From contig CAMVAT010000017.1 in NCBI GenBank assembly GCA_947165505.1, positions 7,253 through 71,252 on the forward strand: 64,000 nucleotides of DNA. The letters run 5' to 3'. The position numbers were made by a program, and so were the translations under genes. Below, piece after piece: positions 1 to 9,066 of the stretch. Position 1 is the first letter of the stretch. Every line of letters begins with the position of its first letter. The stretch comes from an uncultured Prevotellaceae bacterium. GTDB lineage: Bacteria > Bacteroidota > Bacteroidia > Bacteroidales > Bacteroidaceae. The notes under the pieces were generated by a model. That model did no database searches. It was not told the origin of the DNA and was given only the letters and a program-made list of their open reading frames with translations.

Positions 1-1079
1 AGGAAGATGACATTCTCGGCAGCGGGACCTGCGCTCTTGCCATAGATGGGCTTCACGATCTTCTCGATGTGCTCGATAGGATAGCTCACACGGGTGTTCT
101 CGGTCACGCTCTTGTCAGCGAAATCAATCTTACCCTCGGCATCCACAGTCACGTTCTCCAGCAGAGCGTTGCGACGGATGGCGTTATAGATGTCGGGCTC
201 GCTCTCTTTGTCCAGGTTGATGACCTTGGCATAGCAACCGCCTTCGAAGTTGAACACGCCGTCGTCGTCCCATCCGTGCTCGTCGTCGCCGATGAGCAGA
301 CGTTTCGGGTCGGTCGAAAGGGTGGTCTTACCGGTGCCGGAGAGACCGAAGAAGATGGCGGTGTTCTTTCCTTCCATGTCGGTGTTGGCCGAACAGTGCA
401 TGGCTGCGATACCCTGCAGGGGCAGGAAGTAGTTCATCATCGAGAACATACCTTTCTTCATCTCACCGCCGTACCAAGTGTTGATGATGCACTGCTCGCG
501 GCTGGTGGTGTTGAAGGCCACGCAGGTCTCGCTGCGCAGACCCAGCTCCTTGTAGTTCTCCACTTTGGCTTTCGAAGCGTTGTAGATGACGAAGTTGGGC
601 TCGAACGACTCCAACTCGGCCTCGCTGGGCTGGATGAACATGTTCTTGATGAAGTGAGCCTGCCATGCCACCTCGACGATGAAACGCACGGCCAGACGGG
701 TGCCTTCGTTGGCGCCGCAGAAAGCGTCAACCACAAACAGGCGCTTGCCGCAAAGCTCTTTCACGGCAATCTCTTTCACGGTCTTCCACACCTCTTCGCT
801 CATGGGGTGGTTGTCATTGGGATAGGCCTCTGTGGTCCACCACACCTTGTCATGGCTGTTGGCATCGTCAACGATATATTTATCCTTAGGCGAACGACCG
901 GTGTAGATACCAGTCATCACGTTCACGGCGTCAAGCTCTGTCACCTGACCCTTGTCAAAACCAGTAAGACCCTCTTTGGTCTCTTCTTCGAACAACACTT
1001 CGTAAGAAGGATTGTAAAGCACTTCGGTAGTACCGGTGATACCGTACTGCTCCAAAACTGACTTTTCAAACTTTGCCAT
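1..1079 (-). CDS. pckA: phosphoenolpyruvate carboxykinase (ATP), N-terminal ~359 aa; the C-terminus lies left of the window
   Basis: Missing from the ORF track because it has no stop codon inside the window. Translating the reverse strand from the ATG (complement of 1077-1079) gives [45 protein letters not shown]...[10 protein letters not shown]...[45 protein letters not shown], the ATP-PEPCK P-loop and signature. The listed + ORF 69..1061 is its antisense shadow. Confidence 0.9.
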   Translation of the reverse strand, partial: MAKFEKSVLEQYGITGTTEVLYNPSYEVLFEEETKEGLTGFDKGQVTELDAVNVMTGIYTGRSPKDKYIVDDANSHDKVWWTTEAYPNDNHPMSEEVWKTVKEIAVKELCGKRLFVVDAFCGANEGTRLAVRFIVEVAWQAHFIKNMFIQPSEAELESFEPNFVIYNASKAKVENYKELGLRSETCVAFNTTSREQCIINTWYGGEMKKGMFSMMNYFLPLQGIAAMHCSANTDMEGKNTAIFFGLSGTGKTTLSTDPKRLLIGDDEHGWDDDGVFNFEGGCYAKVINLDKESEPDIYNAIRRNALLENVTVDAEGKIDFADKSVTENTRVSYPIEHIEKIVKPIYGKSAGPAAENVIF

Positions 1080-1308
1080 TTTCTTTTACTTTGTATGAAT
1101 TGTTAATGATACTAATCACCTCTTTTAAAACCGCTGCAAAGGTACTAAAAAATCACGTCAAATTGCACTTTGCACACTGAAAAAACGATGTGCAACGGCC
1201 GTTTTTTGGTTAAACTTTTTAAAAACAGCACCTTGCACCCGCATTTTGCCACGCTCACTTAGCAAAAAACATTATCTTTGCAACACTTACCTGCAAACAT
1301 CAAAGTCT

Positions 1309-1965
1309 ATGAAGATCATCAATCTGAGCGACAACAACTCCGTCGTCAACCAATATCTCGCAGAGATTCGTGACACACATTACCAACAGAGCCGCCATCT
1401 CTTCCGCAACAACATCAAGCGCATCGGCGAAATGATGGCCTACGAGATATCAAAAACTCTCAGTTATGAAAAGCGCGAGGTGACCACCCCGCTGGGCGTG
1501 GCACCCGTGAATGTGCCCGCCGACCAACTGGTCATAGGCACCATCCTGCGTGCCGGACTGCCCTTCCACGAGGGCTTCCTCCATGTGTTCGACCATGCCG
1601 ACAACGCTTTCATCTCAGCCTTCCGCATGTACACCAACCGCGAGCATACCGAGGTGGGCATACACACGGAATACATGGCTTCGCCCAGCGTGGGCGGCAA
1701 GACGCTCATCATCGCCGACCCCATGCTGGCCACCGGCGGGTCGATGGCGGCATGCTACGAGGCGCTTGCCAAAACAGGCATACCCGCCAAATTGCACATC
1801 GCATGCGTCATCGCCACTGAAGAAGGACTCGACGTGGTACGGCAGGCGGTGCCCGATGATGCCACCGTCTGGTGCGCAGCCATCGACCCGGGCATGAACG
1901 CCAACAAATATATTGTGCCAGGTTTCGGCGACTGCGGCGACCTCTGCTACGGCGAGAAACTGTAG
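1309..1965 (+). CDS. upp: uracil phosphoribosyltransferase
   Basis: MKIINLSDNNSVVNQYLAEIRD...LIIADPMLATGGSMAACYEAL...YIVPGFGDCGDLCYG carries the PRPP-binding loop and the UPRT C-terminal motif. I prefer the ATG at 1309 because a TATCTTTG -7 box sits at 1273-1280; the track start at 1246 is a TTG. Confidence 0.9.
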   Translation: MKIINLSDNNSVVNQYLAEIRDTHYQQSRHLFRNNIKRIGEMMAYEISKTLSYEKREVTTPLGVAPVNVPADQLVIGTILRAGLPFHEGFLHVFDHADNAFISAFRMYTNREHTEVGIHTEYMASPSVGGKTLIIADPMLATGGSMAACYEALAKTGIPAKLHIACVIATEEGLDVVRQAVPDDATVWCAAIDPGMNANKYIVPGFGDCGDLCYGEKL

Positions 1966-1984
1966 AAGAGCCTCCAAGAAACAC

Positions 1985-4420
1985 TTATAGCCGGGTCTGC
2001 AAGTCAAGGTGCGCTGAGAGCCGTCCGGTCACGCCACGCACATGCAGACGCACACGGCCGGGGGTGTTGCCACTACGCAGGATGACCAGCGCACTGCCGT
2101 GATACAACCGGCGGCGGTGCGCCACACAAGCCTCGTCGCTGCACATGTCGCCATTGCTCACGGCCACGATATCGGCATCACCCTCAACGCTGAACAGTAA
2201 CTCGTCGGCGGCATGGGGCACACGCCGCCCCTTGCCGTCCACGGCTTCGATGCGCACATGCTGCAAGTCGCAACCGTCGGCCTTCCATCGCTCATCGTCG
2301 GCTGTGATGCGCAGGCGCACGGCCTCGCCGGCCGTCTCTACACGGTGCTTGGCCACGGCCGTGGCCATACCGTCGCGGTAGGCACGTGCCTCAATAGTCC
2401 CAGGCTCATACACTACCCCACTCCACCACAGTTGATTGCGCTTGTCAGGATGACCCTTGTCATTGCGCTGCACACCCAGGCTGCGACCATTGACCCGCAG
2501 TTCGGCGGCATCGGCATTGGTATAAACCACTATGCTCAGTGTGTCGCCAGCATGGTAGTTCCAGTGGTCGCCCATCACGTCGTTGCCCGTCTGTATGCCG
2601 TTCCACATCTGGCTGCCGTGCTGCTCTACGATGCCGATGTGCACCACGGGGTCGTCGCTGAAGAGGCTCTTCATCAGGTAAGCCTTGGGCTTCGGCTCAA
2701 GGGCGATATCAAACACCCCCTGTGTCCATCCCTTGGCAGGCCATCCCTGACTCTCGCCCAGATAGTCAATGGCACCCCAGTAGGCCAGTCCGACGACGCG
2801 GTCGCGGTCCATGCCATAGTAGTTGGGGCCCATGTTGCTGACCGAGGCCTCGCTCTGGTAGAACGTCATCCACGGGAAGCGCCGGCCGTCGCCGGGGAAG
2901 TACATGTAGCGGTAGTTATACGACTGCACGTCGGTAGCCAAGGCCAGGTCGCACGGCAGCGAGTCGGTGCTCCAGTTGCGGTATCTCGGGTGCATGGCCA
3001 CGGTGACGCGCCGTGTGCTGTCGTAGCGTTGCAGCAGTGTCTTCATCAGCCGATAGGCCGTGACGCCCCAGTCGTTGTAAGGCATCGAGGCGTTCTGCTG
3101 TGTCTCGTTGCCCAGACTCCACATCACCACCGAGGGAGAGTTGCGGTCGCGCCGCACCCATTCAGCCACGTCATACTGCCATAGCTGCTGCCATGGCACG
3201 CGCCCGCCGGTATGCTGCTTCGTCCATTTGTCGTAGAGTTCATCCACCACGAGCAGACCGAGACTGTCGCACAGTTCGATGAAACGGCGGCTGTAGGGAT
3301 TGTGCGACGTGCGGATATGGTTGACACCGAACGACTTCAACAACCGCAGTCGTTTCTCGATGGCGCGGGGATAGGCGGCTGCACCCAAGGCACCGAGCGA
3401 GTGGTGGTTGGCGATGCCACGGAGCAATATCTTCCGGCCGTTCAACCGTAGTCCGTAGTCGGGACCGATGTCGATGGTGCGGATGCCGAAACGGCTGCTC
3501 ACCATGTCGGCAACTGTGCCATCAGGCCGCAACAGCATCACCTCGGCACAGTAAAGGTTAGGAGTGCCGGTGTCCCACAACTGTGGTTGAGCAATCTCTA
3601 TCTCAGGAAAAGCCCACTCGCGGGTGCGCGCCATGGGATGTCGTCCCACGGCCATGGTGTCGGCATAGACCAAGCGACCGTCAGGACCGGTGATGCGTAC
3701 CGCCATCTGTGTGGCGGGATTGCGCTGCCGGTCGGTGAAGGCAGCTGAGATGCGTACAAAGCGGTTGTCACGCGTTGTGATATGGAGGGGATGACGCTCA
3801 AAAAAGAGGTCGGAAGCAGTGACGACGAGATGTACGGGACGGAAGAGACCACCACCCGTGTACCACCGTGAGTTCTCGGGCGAACGGGTGTCGGCCATGA
3901 CCGCCACCACATTGTCCTGTTCCCACAATAACCGGTCGGTGATATCAATCTCAAACCCCACATAACCATAGTCGGTACCGCCGATGTGCTTGCCGTTCAG
4001 ATAGACATCGCCGGTGTAGATGATACCCTCGAAATCTAACAGCACACGCTGGCCGCGCATCGACTCGGAAGGGGTGAAGTGGTAGCGGTACCACCCGCGC
4101 CCCATGGCCTTGAAACCACGACCGGAAAGGAGACTCTTCACATTGGCAGCCACATCGGTAGTGTCGGCCTGCTCGCCGGACGACGGTGCCACCCACGGTT
4201 GTTCAATCTGGAAATCATGGGGCAGTCGTAGTGTGCGCCACTGACTGTCATTGAGCGAGGGTGAGGCACCATCACGCACCTCGCCAGCATGGAAAAGCCA
4301 TCCCTGGTCGAGATTGATGACCATACGCGGAGCCTCCACCTTCTGTGCCACAGCCGACAGGCAAAGCGACAGGAGGGCAAGAACGCTCCCAAGGCGTACA
4401 TTCCACCACGTCCTCACCAT
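1985..4420 (-). CDS. glycoside hydrolase family 2 (beta-galactosidase/glucuronidase-like), secreted
   Basis: GH2 sugar-binding, Ig-like and TIM-barrel layout with NGKHIGGTDYGYVGFEIDITD, NHIRTSHNPYS and WSLGNE (acid/base Glu). I chose the start MVRTWWNV... at 4420, which sits 1 nt after the upstream stop; the alternative ATG is at 4453. Signal peptide ends ...SAVA-QK. Confidence 0.85.
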   Translation of the reverse strand: MVRTWWNVRLGSVLALLSLCLSAVAQKVEAPRMVINLDQGWLFHAGEVRDGASPSLNDSQWRTLRLPHDFQIEQPWVAPSSGEQADTTDVAANVKSLLSGRGFKAMGRGWYRYHFTPSESMRGQRVLLDFEGIIYTGDVYLNGKHIGGTDYGYVGFEIDITDRLLWEQDNVVAVMADTRSPENSRWYTGGGLFRPVHLVVTASDLFFERHPLHITTRDNRFVRISAAFTDRQRNPATQMAVRITGPDGRLVYADTMAVGRHPMARTREWAFPEIEIAQPQLWDTGTPNLYCAEVMLLRPDGTVADMVSSRFGIRTIDIGPDYGLRLNGRKILLRGIANHHSLGALGAAAYPRAIEKRLRLLKSFGVNHIRTSHNPYSRRFIELCDSLGLLVVDELYDKWTKQHTGGRVPWQQLWQYDVAEWVRRDRNSPSVVMWSLGNETQQNASMPYNDWGVTAYRLMKTLLQRYDSTRRVTVAMHPRYRNWSTDSLPCDLALATDVQSYNYRYMYFPGDGRRFPWMTFYQSEASVSNMGPNYYGMDRDRVVGLAYWGAIDYLGESQGWPAKGWTQGVFDIALEPKPKAYLMKSLFSDDPVVHIGIVEQHGSQMWNGIQTGNDVMGDHWNYHAGDTLSIVVYTNADAAELRVNGRSLGVQRNDKGHPDKRNQLWWSGVVYEPGTIEARAYRDGMATAVAKHRVETAGEAVRLRITADDERWKADGCDLQHVRIEAVDGKGRRVPHAADELLFSVEGDADIVAVSNGDMCSDEACVAHRRRLYHGSALVILRSGNTPGRVRLHVRGVTGRLSAHLDLQTRL

Positions 4421-4421
4421 A

Positions 4422-4952
4422 TCATTCACCCAAGTATTCCTTCTTGATGGCACCTCCGAGCGACCGTCCTACGATGAGAGCCCACACCTTCATCTTTGCC
4501 AGTTTTGAACCGGGCAGGAAAAGTGGTTCCTTGCCGCCGTTTATTTTCTTCACACCGAAGAGCTCGTTGCCCGAGGCATCGACGACAGCGGCGTCGCAAA
4601 AGAGGTTACCCATGTCGGTGATGACTTTCACCTTCACCCGCAGCGTATAAGCAGCTTCGGGGTAGTTGCCCACTTTCAGCACACCGCTGAGACGACTGGT
4701 GATGCCTTTCTCAAATTTGTTGATGATGGATGGCTTATCTTTATACCAGTCTTTTTCGTAATCGGCAAATTCCTCTTCGGTCTTGCCCATGATGATAGCC
4801 TCGGAGAAGTCCATGACCAAGTTGATTTTCGACCCTGGTTTGACATTGGTCAGGGGGCGCTCGTCGGTCTCCTGGGCGGCTATGGTGTGGAAGACGAAAC
4901 AACACAACGCAAGCATAAGATACCTGCCGCTGAATAACATTGTTTTTTTCAT
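4422..4952 (-). CDS. hypothetical secreted protein (176 aa)
   Basis: Signal peptide MKKTMLFSGRYLMLALCCFVFHTIAA-QE. Tightly coupled to the downstream GH2. I recognise no catalytic motif. Confidence 0.6.
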   Translation of the reverse strand: MKKTMLFSGRYLMLALCCFVFHTIAAQETDERPLTNVKPGSKINLVMDFSEAIIMGKTEEEFADYEKDWYKDKPSIINKFEKGITSRLSGVLKVGNYPEAAYTLRVKVKVITDMGNLFCDAAVVDASGNELFGVKKINGGKEPLFLPGSKLAKMKVWALIVGRSLGGAIKKEYLGE

Positions 4953-5628
4953 TGTTGTCTGTTTTATAGGTTCATTGTTGATGAATGTGTTGATGAAATG
5001 TTTACTTGACCACCATTTTTTTGCCTTTGATGATATATAGGCATATGAAGAAAGGTATGATTCTTTTCATGAAATGGGGTGTAAAGGTTTTCGTGTGCAA
5101 AGATATGAAATCTGTCTTAAGCTGGCAAACGAATTTCCAAAATTATGCACGCGCGCACATGATATCGGCCGAAGGCAGACATCTTTCCCCCACGCAACCC
5201 TCCCATGGGAGGGCTTCCAACCCCTCTCTAAATCTCTCCCCAATCCTTGGGAAGAGACTTAACCGCTCCTACCCGTCGCTCTTTCACTAAGGTATGCTCG
5301 GCCCATCAGAGGGCCGGCATCATTGTTTTTGTTCGCATCGCTCACCGCGCTGTGACAAATGTCATATCAAGCCTAAGGCGTACCACGAATTCCCATAAAA
5401 AACCATGAATGAATCAATAATAATTGATGTAAAATTTGTGGCCATTTTTGTTAATTCATGTAGCGTCGCAGACATGCCCCTCGGCCGTGGGCCGACCAAT
5501 TCCTTGATTCCTATTTTCCGTAGAATCCATACCCCATCGGTCGAGGCCGAATATTAGCATCCGTTAGCATCCGTGATTTTGATTTGCATATTATGCTGTG
5601 AAAATTTGAAAATGTCATTTATTTTCAT

Positions 5629-5636
5629 TATATTTG
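5629..5636 (+). promoter_or_regulatory. Bacteroidetes -7 box TATATTTG upstream of the C10 peptidase gene
   Basis: Exact TAnnTTTG match 43 nt upstream of the ATG at 5679. Confidence 0.45.
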
Positions 5637-5678
5637 CGGCGGAAAGTCTATTAACCCTCTATTCAACGCGTTATACAG

Positions 5679-7970
5679 ATGAAACGGACATTGATGTTAC
5701 TATGCTGCCAGTGCCTCGTGGTGTGGTGCATGGCGCAAACGATATTGGCTGACGAGGCCTATGCCAAGGCGAAGTCGTTCATGAATACCCGTGGCAAGCA
5801 GGTGAGCAAGCTGCAGGTCAAAACCATTAAGATGGAAGGGCAGACGGACCCCGCCTGTTATGTGTATAATACCCCTGCAGGCGACGGGTTCGTCATCGTC
5901 TCGGGCGACCGCCGCATCGACGGTGTCATCGGCTATTCCGACAACGGCTCGTTCGACGGACAATTCATGCCTGAGAATATGCGGGCGTGGCTGCAGGATT
6001 ATGCCCGGGAGATAACGGCATTGCGCCAGGGACTTGCCTCACCCCGGCGGGTGCCCACCCATGCTGCCATCTCACCGTTGGTCGCCTCGAAATGGGACCA
6101 AGGTACCGCGTCGGAGGATGGTGATGCCTACAACCAACTGTGCCCCACCATTGGTGGTGTGCATTGCATGACGGGTTGCGTGGCTACGGCCATGGCACAG
6201 ATTATGCGCTACAACCGGTGGCCTACAGGCTATACGGAGGTCATCCCGGCCTATAAGTCGAACGATAAGTTGGGCACCCTCTCGGCTCTCTCTGCCGTGA
6301 AGTTCAACTGGAATCAAATGCAGGACAAATACCGTGGCACGGAGACCTCGACACAGCGTACTGCCGTGGCACGCCTGATGCGCTATTGCGGTCAGGCTTT
6401 GGAGATGGACTATGGCACGAAATCGTCTTCCACCACCTCCGATAAAGTGGCTATGGCGCTGCGCACTTATTTCGGCTACGATACCAACACGCGTCATGTG
6501 GTACGTTCGGACTATACCGCTGAAGGATGGGATAAGCTGATTTACAATGAGCTAAAGGAGAACCGTCCGGTTTATTACCATGGCTCGTCAACGGGTGGCG
6601 GCCACGGCTTTGTGTGCGACGGCTACGATGGCAATGGCCTCTACCATATCAACTGGGGATGGGAAGGCAAACATGACGGCTACTACCGTCTGTCGCTGCT
6701 CAATCCCGACGGCGGCGGCACTGGGAGCAGTGGCACGGAAGATGGTTACACGATGAGTCAGGGTGCTGTAGTGGGCATCCGTCAACCTGTCAGTTTCGAT
6801 GATGACATGCGAATCCTTTCATTGGATGAATTGAACACCAGTGGCTCGACTATCGAGGCTGCCTATTGGAACCGCACGGGTATGGATGGCACGTTCCAAT
6901 ACGGTTTCGCCTATCAGGAAATCAATACCGACGGCGACTCTTTCTGGCTGGATTATAAAACCAACTCGTTCAACCCGGGAACGATACGCAGTCATAGTGT
7001 AGATGTGAACACGATGGACCTTGGCAGCGGTACGTATCGCTTCTACCCGTTCAGCCGTCTCGAGGGGGCTGAATGGTATCGCATGCAGGGCGACTTCGGT
7101 ACATACGTCGAAGTCGTGATGAAAAACGGGGTGAAGCAGTCGATGTCGTATCATCCGCATGCCTCACTGACGGTCAGCCATGAATGTGTGGGCAACCGTA
7201 TCGTGAATATGCCGCAGGAGGTGAAAATCTCTGTCACCAATAAGGGTGAGGAGTTCAACGACCTGTTCTATCTGTTTGCTTCGAAGACCAACCAGAAAGG
7301 CGAATATGTGAATCAGACGAATATGGTGGTGGAAGCAGGGGCGACGGAACAAGGGAGTATGTTCTTCACTCCTACATCGACAGGGACATGGAAACTGTGG
7401 ATTGACATCGATGAGGAGGGGTCGCATGATCTCAGCCCCATCACCGTCGAGATTATCAGTGCTCCCACGGGTACGAACAATCTCTCGCTCGTCAGCTATA
7501 CTGTCGATGTGGTGGGTGATGGTGTGAATGTGCAAGCGAAGGTGAAGAACAATGCCTCGCAAGGTTATTACCGTCCGGTGGGGTGCGCCATCTTCACCGA
7601 GGATAGTAACACGAGCATCGTGTTGCAAGAGTCGGGCAACCTCAATCTGGCCGCTGGAAAGACGGTCACGTTGGATTATCATTTTGAGGGATTGTTGCCC
7701 GGTAAGCAGCATTATGCCATGGTGGCTCAATATAAAAAACACAGCGACACAAGCCTCTCCGTCTTTGGCAACAGGATGTGGTTCGTCCCGACGGTGACAG
7801 GCATCGAGGCCGTGCCCGTTGACAATGCAGCCTCGGATGATACTTGGGAGAATCCTTCAGATGTCTATACCATCACGGGCACACTCATCCGCCCGCAAGC
7901 CACCTCACTGAAAGGATTGCCGCGCGGGGTGTATGTGGTCAACGGAAGTAAACGGGTGGTAGGAGATTGA
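5679..7970 (+). CDS. peptidase C10 (streptopain / interpain / PrtT-like cysteine protease) with a T9SS C-terminal sorting domain
   Basis: Signal peptide ...VVWCMA-QT and an N-terminal Spi-type prodomain. Catalytic Cys context CMTGCVATAMAQIM and catalytic His context GGGHGFVCDGYDGNGLYHINWGWEG. Ig-like middle domains. The C-terminus VYTITGTLIRPQATSLKGLPRGVYVVNGSKRVV is typical of Por/T9SS CTDs. Confidence 0.85.
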   Translation: MKRTLMLLCCQCLVVWCMAQTILADEAYAKAKSFMNTRGKQVSKLQVKTIKMEGQTDPACYVYNTPAGDGFVIVSGDRRIDGVIGYSDNGSFDGQFMPENMRAWLQDYAREITALRQGLASPRRVPTHAAISPLVASKWDQGTASEDGDAYNQLCPTIGGVHCMTGCVATAMAQIMRYNRWPTGYTEVIPAYKSNDKLGTLSALSAVKFNWNQMQDKYRGTETSTQRTAVARLMRYCGQALEMDYGTKSSSTTSDKVAMALRTYFGYDTNTRHVVRSDYTAEGWDKLIYNELKENRPVYYHGSSTGGGHGFVCDGYDGNGLYHINWGWEGKHDGYYRLSLLNPDGGGTGSSGTEDGYTMSQGAVVGIRQPVSFDDDMRILSLDELNTSGSTIEAAYWNRTGMDGTFQYGFAYQEINTDGDSFWLDYKTNSFNPGTIRSHSVDVNTMDLGSGTYRFYPFSRLEGAEWYRMQGDFGTYVEVVMKNGVKQSMSYHPHASLTVSHECVGNRIVNMPQEVKISVTNKGEEFNDLFYLFASKTNQKGEYVNQTNMVVEAGATEQGSMFFTPTSTGTWKLWIDIDEEGSHDLSPITVEIISAPTGTNNLSLVSYTVDVVGDGVNVQAKVKNNASQGYYRPVGCAIFTEDSNTSIVLQESGNLNLAAGKTVTLDYHFEGLLPGKQHYAMVAQYKKHSDTSLSVFGNRMWFVPTVTGIEAVPVDNAASDDTWENPSDVYTITGTLIRPQATSLKGLPRGVYVVNGSKRVVGD

Positions 7971-7977
7971 AGCAAAG

Positions 7978-9015
7978 CTATTTCTCTTCGCTATAAAGCA
8001 CTTGCAGAATAGTCTGTCCTACTGCTTTCAGGGTATTGCGGTCGATGTGGTTCATGTCGTCATTGACGGTGTGCCACGTGGGACCGAACGAGCTTTGTTC
8101 GCAGTCGGGATAGAAGGGGATGATGTCGATGCAGGGGATGCCCGCCTTTTTGTTCACCGGCACATGGTCGTCGGTGATCATGCCGCCTTGCTGCTTGGGG
8201 AAGTAATTGCTGTAGCCTGCGTCGCGTGCCGCCGACCAGACCCTTTCCACGATGGCGGGGGCAAACTCTTTAGAGTACAGTTCTTGATAGAACATGGCAT
8301 TCTCGCCGCCCACCATATCGAGCAGTATGCCGTAGAGCGGTTTGCCGCCCGCGGCACTCTGGTAGTGCTCGGCCCAGTATTGCGCGCCCAGGGCCCATGA
8401 GCTCTCATCGCTCATGCGCATCCACTGCGGGGTGCCCCAGTCCTCGGCATCGAAGCAGACGAAGTCAACGCCTACCTGCAGGGTGGTGTCGTTTTGTATC
8501 AGCCGGGCTAATTCGAGCATCACAGCCACACCCGAAGCGCCGTCGTTGGCCGCCAACACAGGCTTGCGCCAGTTGGTGCTGTCGGGGTCGTTGTCGGCCC
8601 AGGGACGGCTGTCCCAGTGAGCGCACAGCATCACGCGAGTGGGTTTGTCGCTGTGGGCGCGGGCGATGATATTCATGCTTTGCAGGGGGGTGGCATCGTA
8701 ACCGCGCAATACCACCTTCTGGGTGGCCACCTCGCAACCATACCGCTCAAACTGCCCTACGATCCATTCGCCGCAAGCATCATGCGCACGGCAGTTCATC
8801 GTACGTGGACCGAAGTCGCATTGCGCGGCACAAAAGGCGAATGCCGAGTCGGCGTTGAATGCTGGAGCATTGACGGCCTTCGCCGCTTTGGCTGGCGAAC
8901 TGGATGATGATGTCTGTGTCTTGTTGCCGTTTTTACAACTGGCGGCGGTGCAGAGGATGATGAGCGTGGCAGCCAGCATGGAAGTGAAAAGGGCTTTAGG
9001 GGTATGATGTCTCAT
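7978..9015 (-). CDS. M28-family glutaminyl-peptide cyclotransferase-like lipoprotein
   Basis: Lipobox LCTAASC. M28 metal-ligand motifs are CAHWDSRPWAD, NDGASGVAVMLELARL and FVCFDAEDWG. The size and architecture match the type II (mammalian-like) QC of Porphyromonas and Prevotella. Confidence 0.75.
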   Translation of the reverse strand: MRHHTPKALFTSMLAATLIILCTAASCKNGNKTQTSSSSSPAKAAKAVNAPAFNADSAFAFCAAQCDFGPRTMNCRAHDACGEWIVGQFERYGCEVATQKVVLRGYDATPLQSMNIIARAHSDKPTRVMLCAHWDSRPWADNDPDSTNWRKPVLAANDGASGVAVMLELARLIQNDTTLQVGVDFVCFDAEDWGTPQWMRMSDESSWALGAQYWAEHYQSAAGGKPLYGILLDMVGGENAMFYQELYSKEFAPAIVERVWSAARDAGYSNYFPKQQGGMITDDHVPVNKKAGIPCIDIIPFYPDCEQSSFGPTWHTVNDDMNHIDRNTLKAVGQTILQVLYSEEK

Positions 9016-9066
9016 TTCTTTTTGATGTTGAGTGATGTCGTTATCACGTCATGACAATATTATTAT

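Noticed and set aside
69-1061. A 330-aa + strand ORF. Many similar long ORFs lie opposite real genes: 2213..3184, 9247..10920, 14294..14983, 15623..16486, 17469..18362, 19435..20472, 22420..23394, 24680..26101, 26188..27339, 38104..39333, 48863..49801, 55792..57189 and 58986..60272.
   Set aside because: Each lies antisense to a gene with clear family motifs. Their translations are low-complexity, Arg/Gly/Val/His-rich and motif-free. This is the usual stop-codon-poor antisense frame of high-G+C coding DNA.
1246-1308. N-terminal extensions offered by the ORF track for upp (TTG at 1246), GH2 (4453), AsnC (11572), xylan SusC (31337), SusD (27987 and 48056), GH10 (24729), LytTR (57105) and ruvB (60119).
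   Set aside because: In each case an internal ATG gives a canonical N-terminus (a signal peptide, a lipobox or the family start) and leaves room for the observed -7 box. The extensions run through promoters or repeats.
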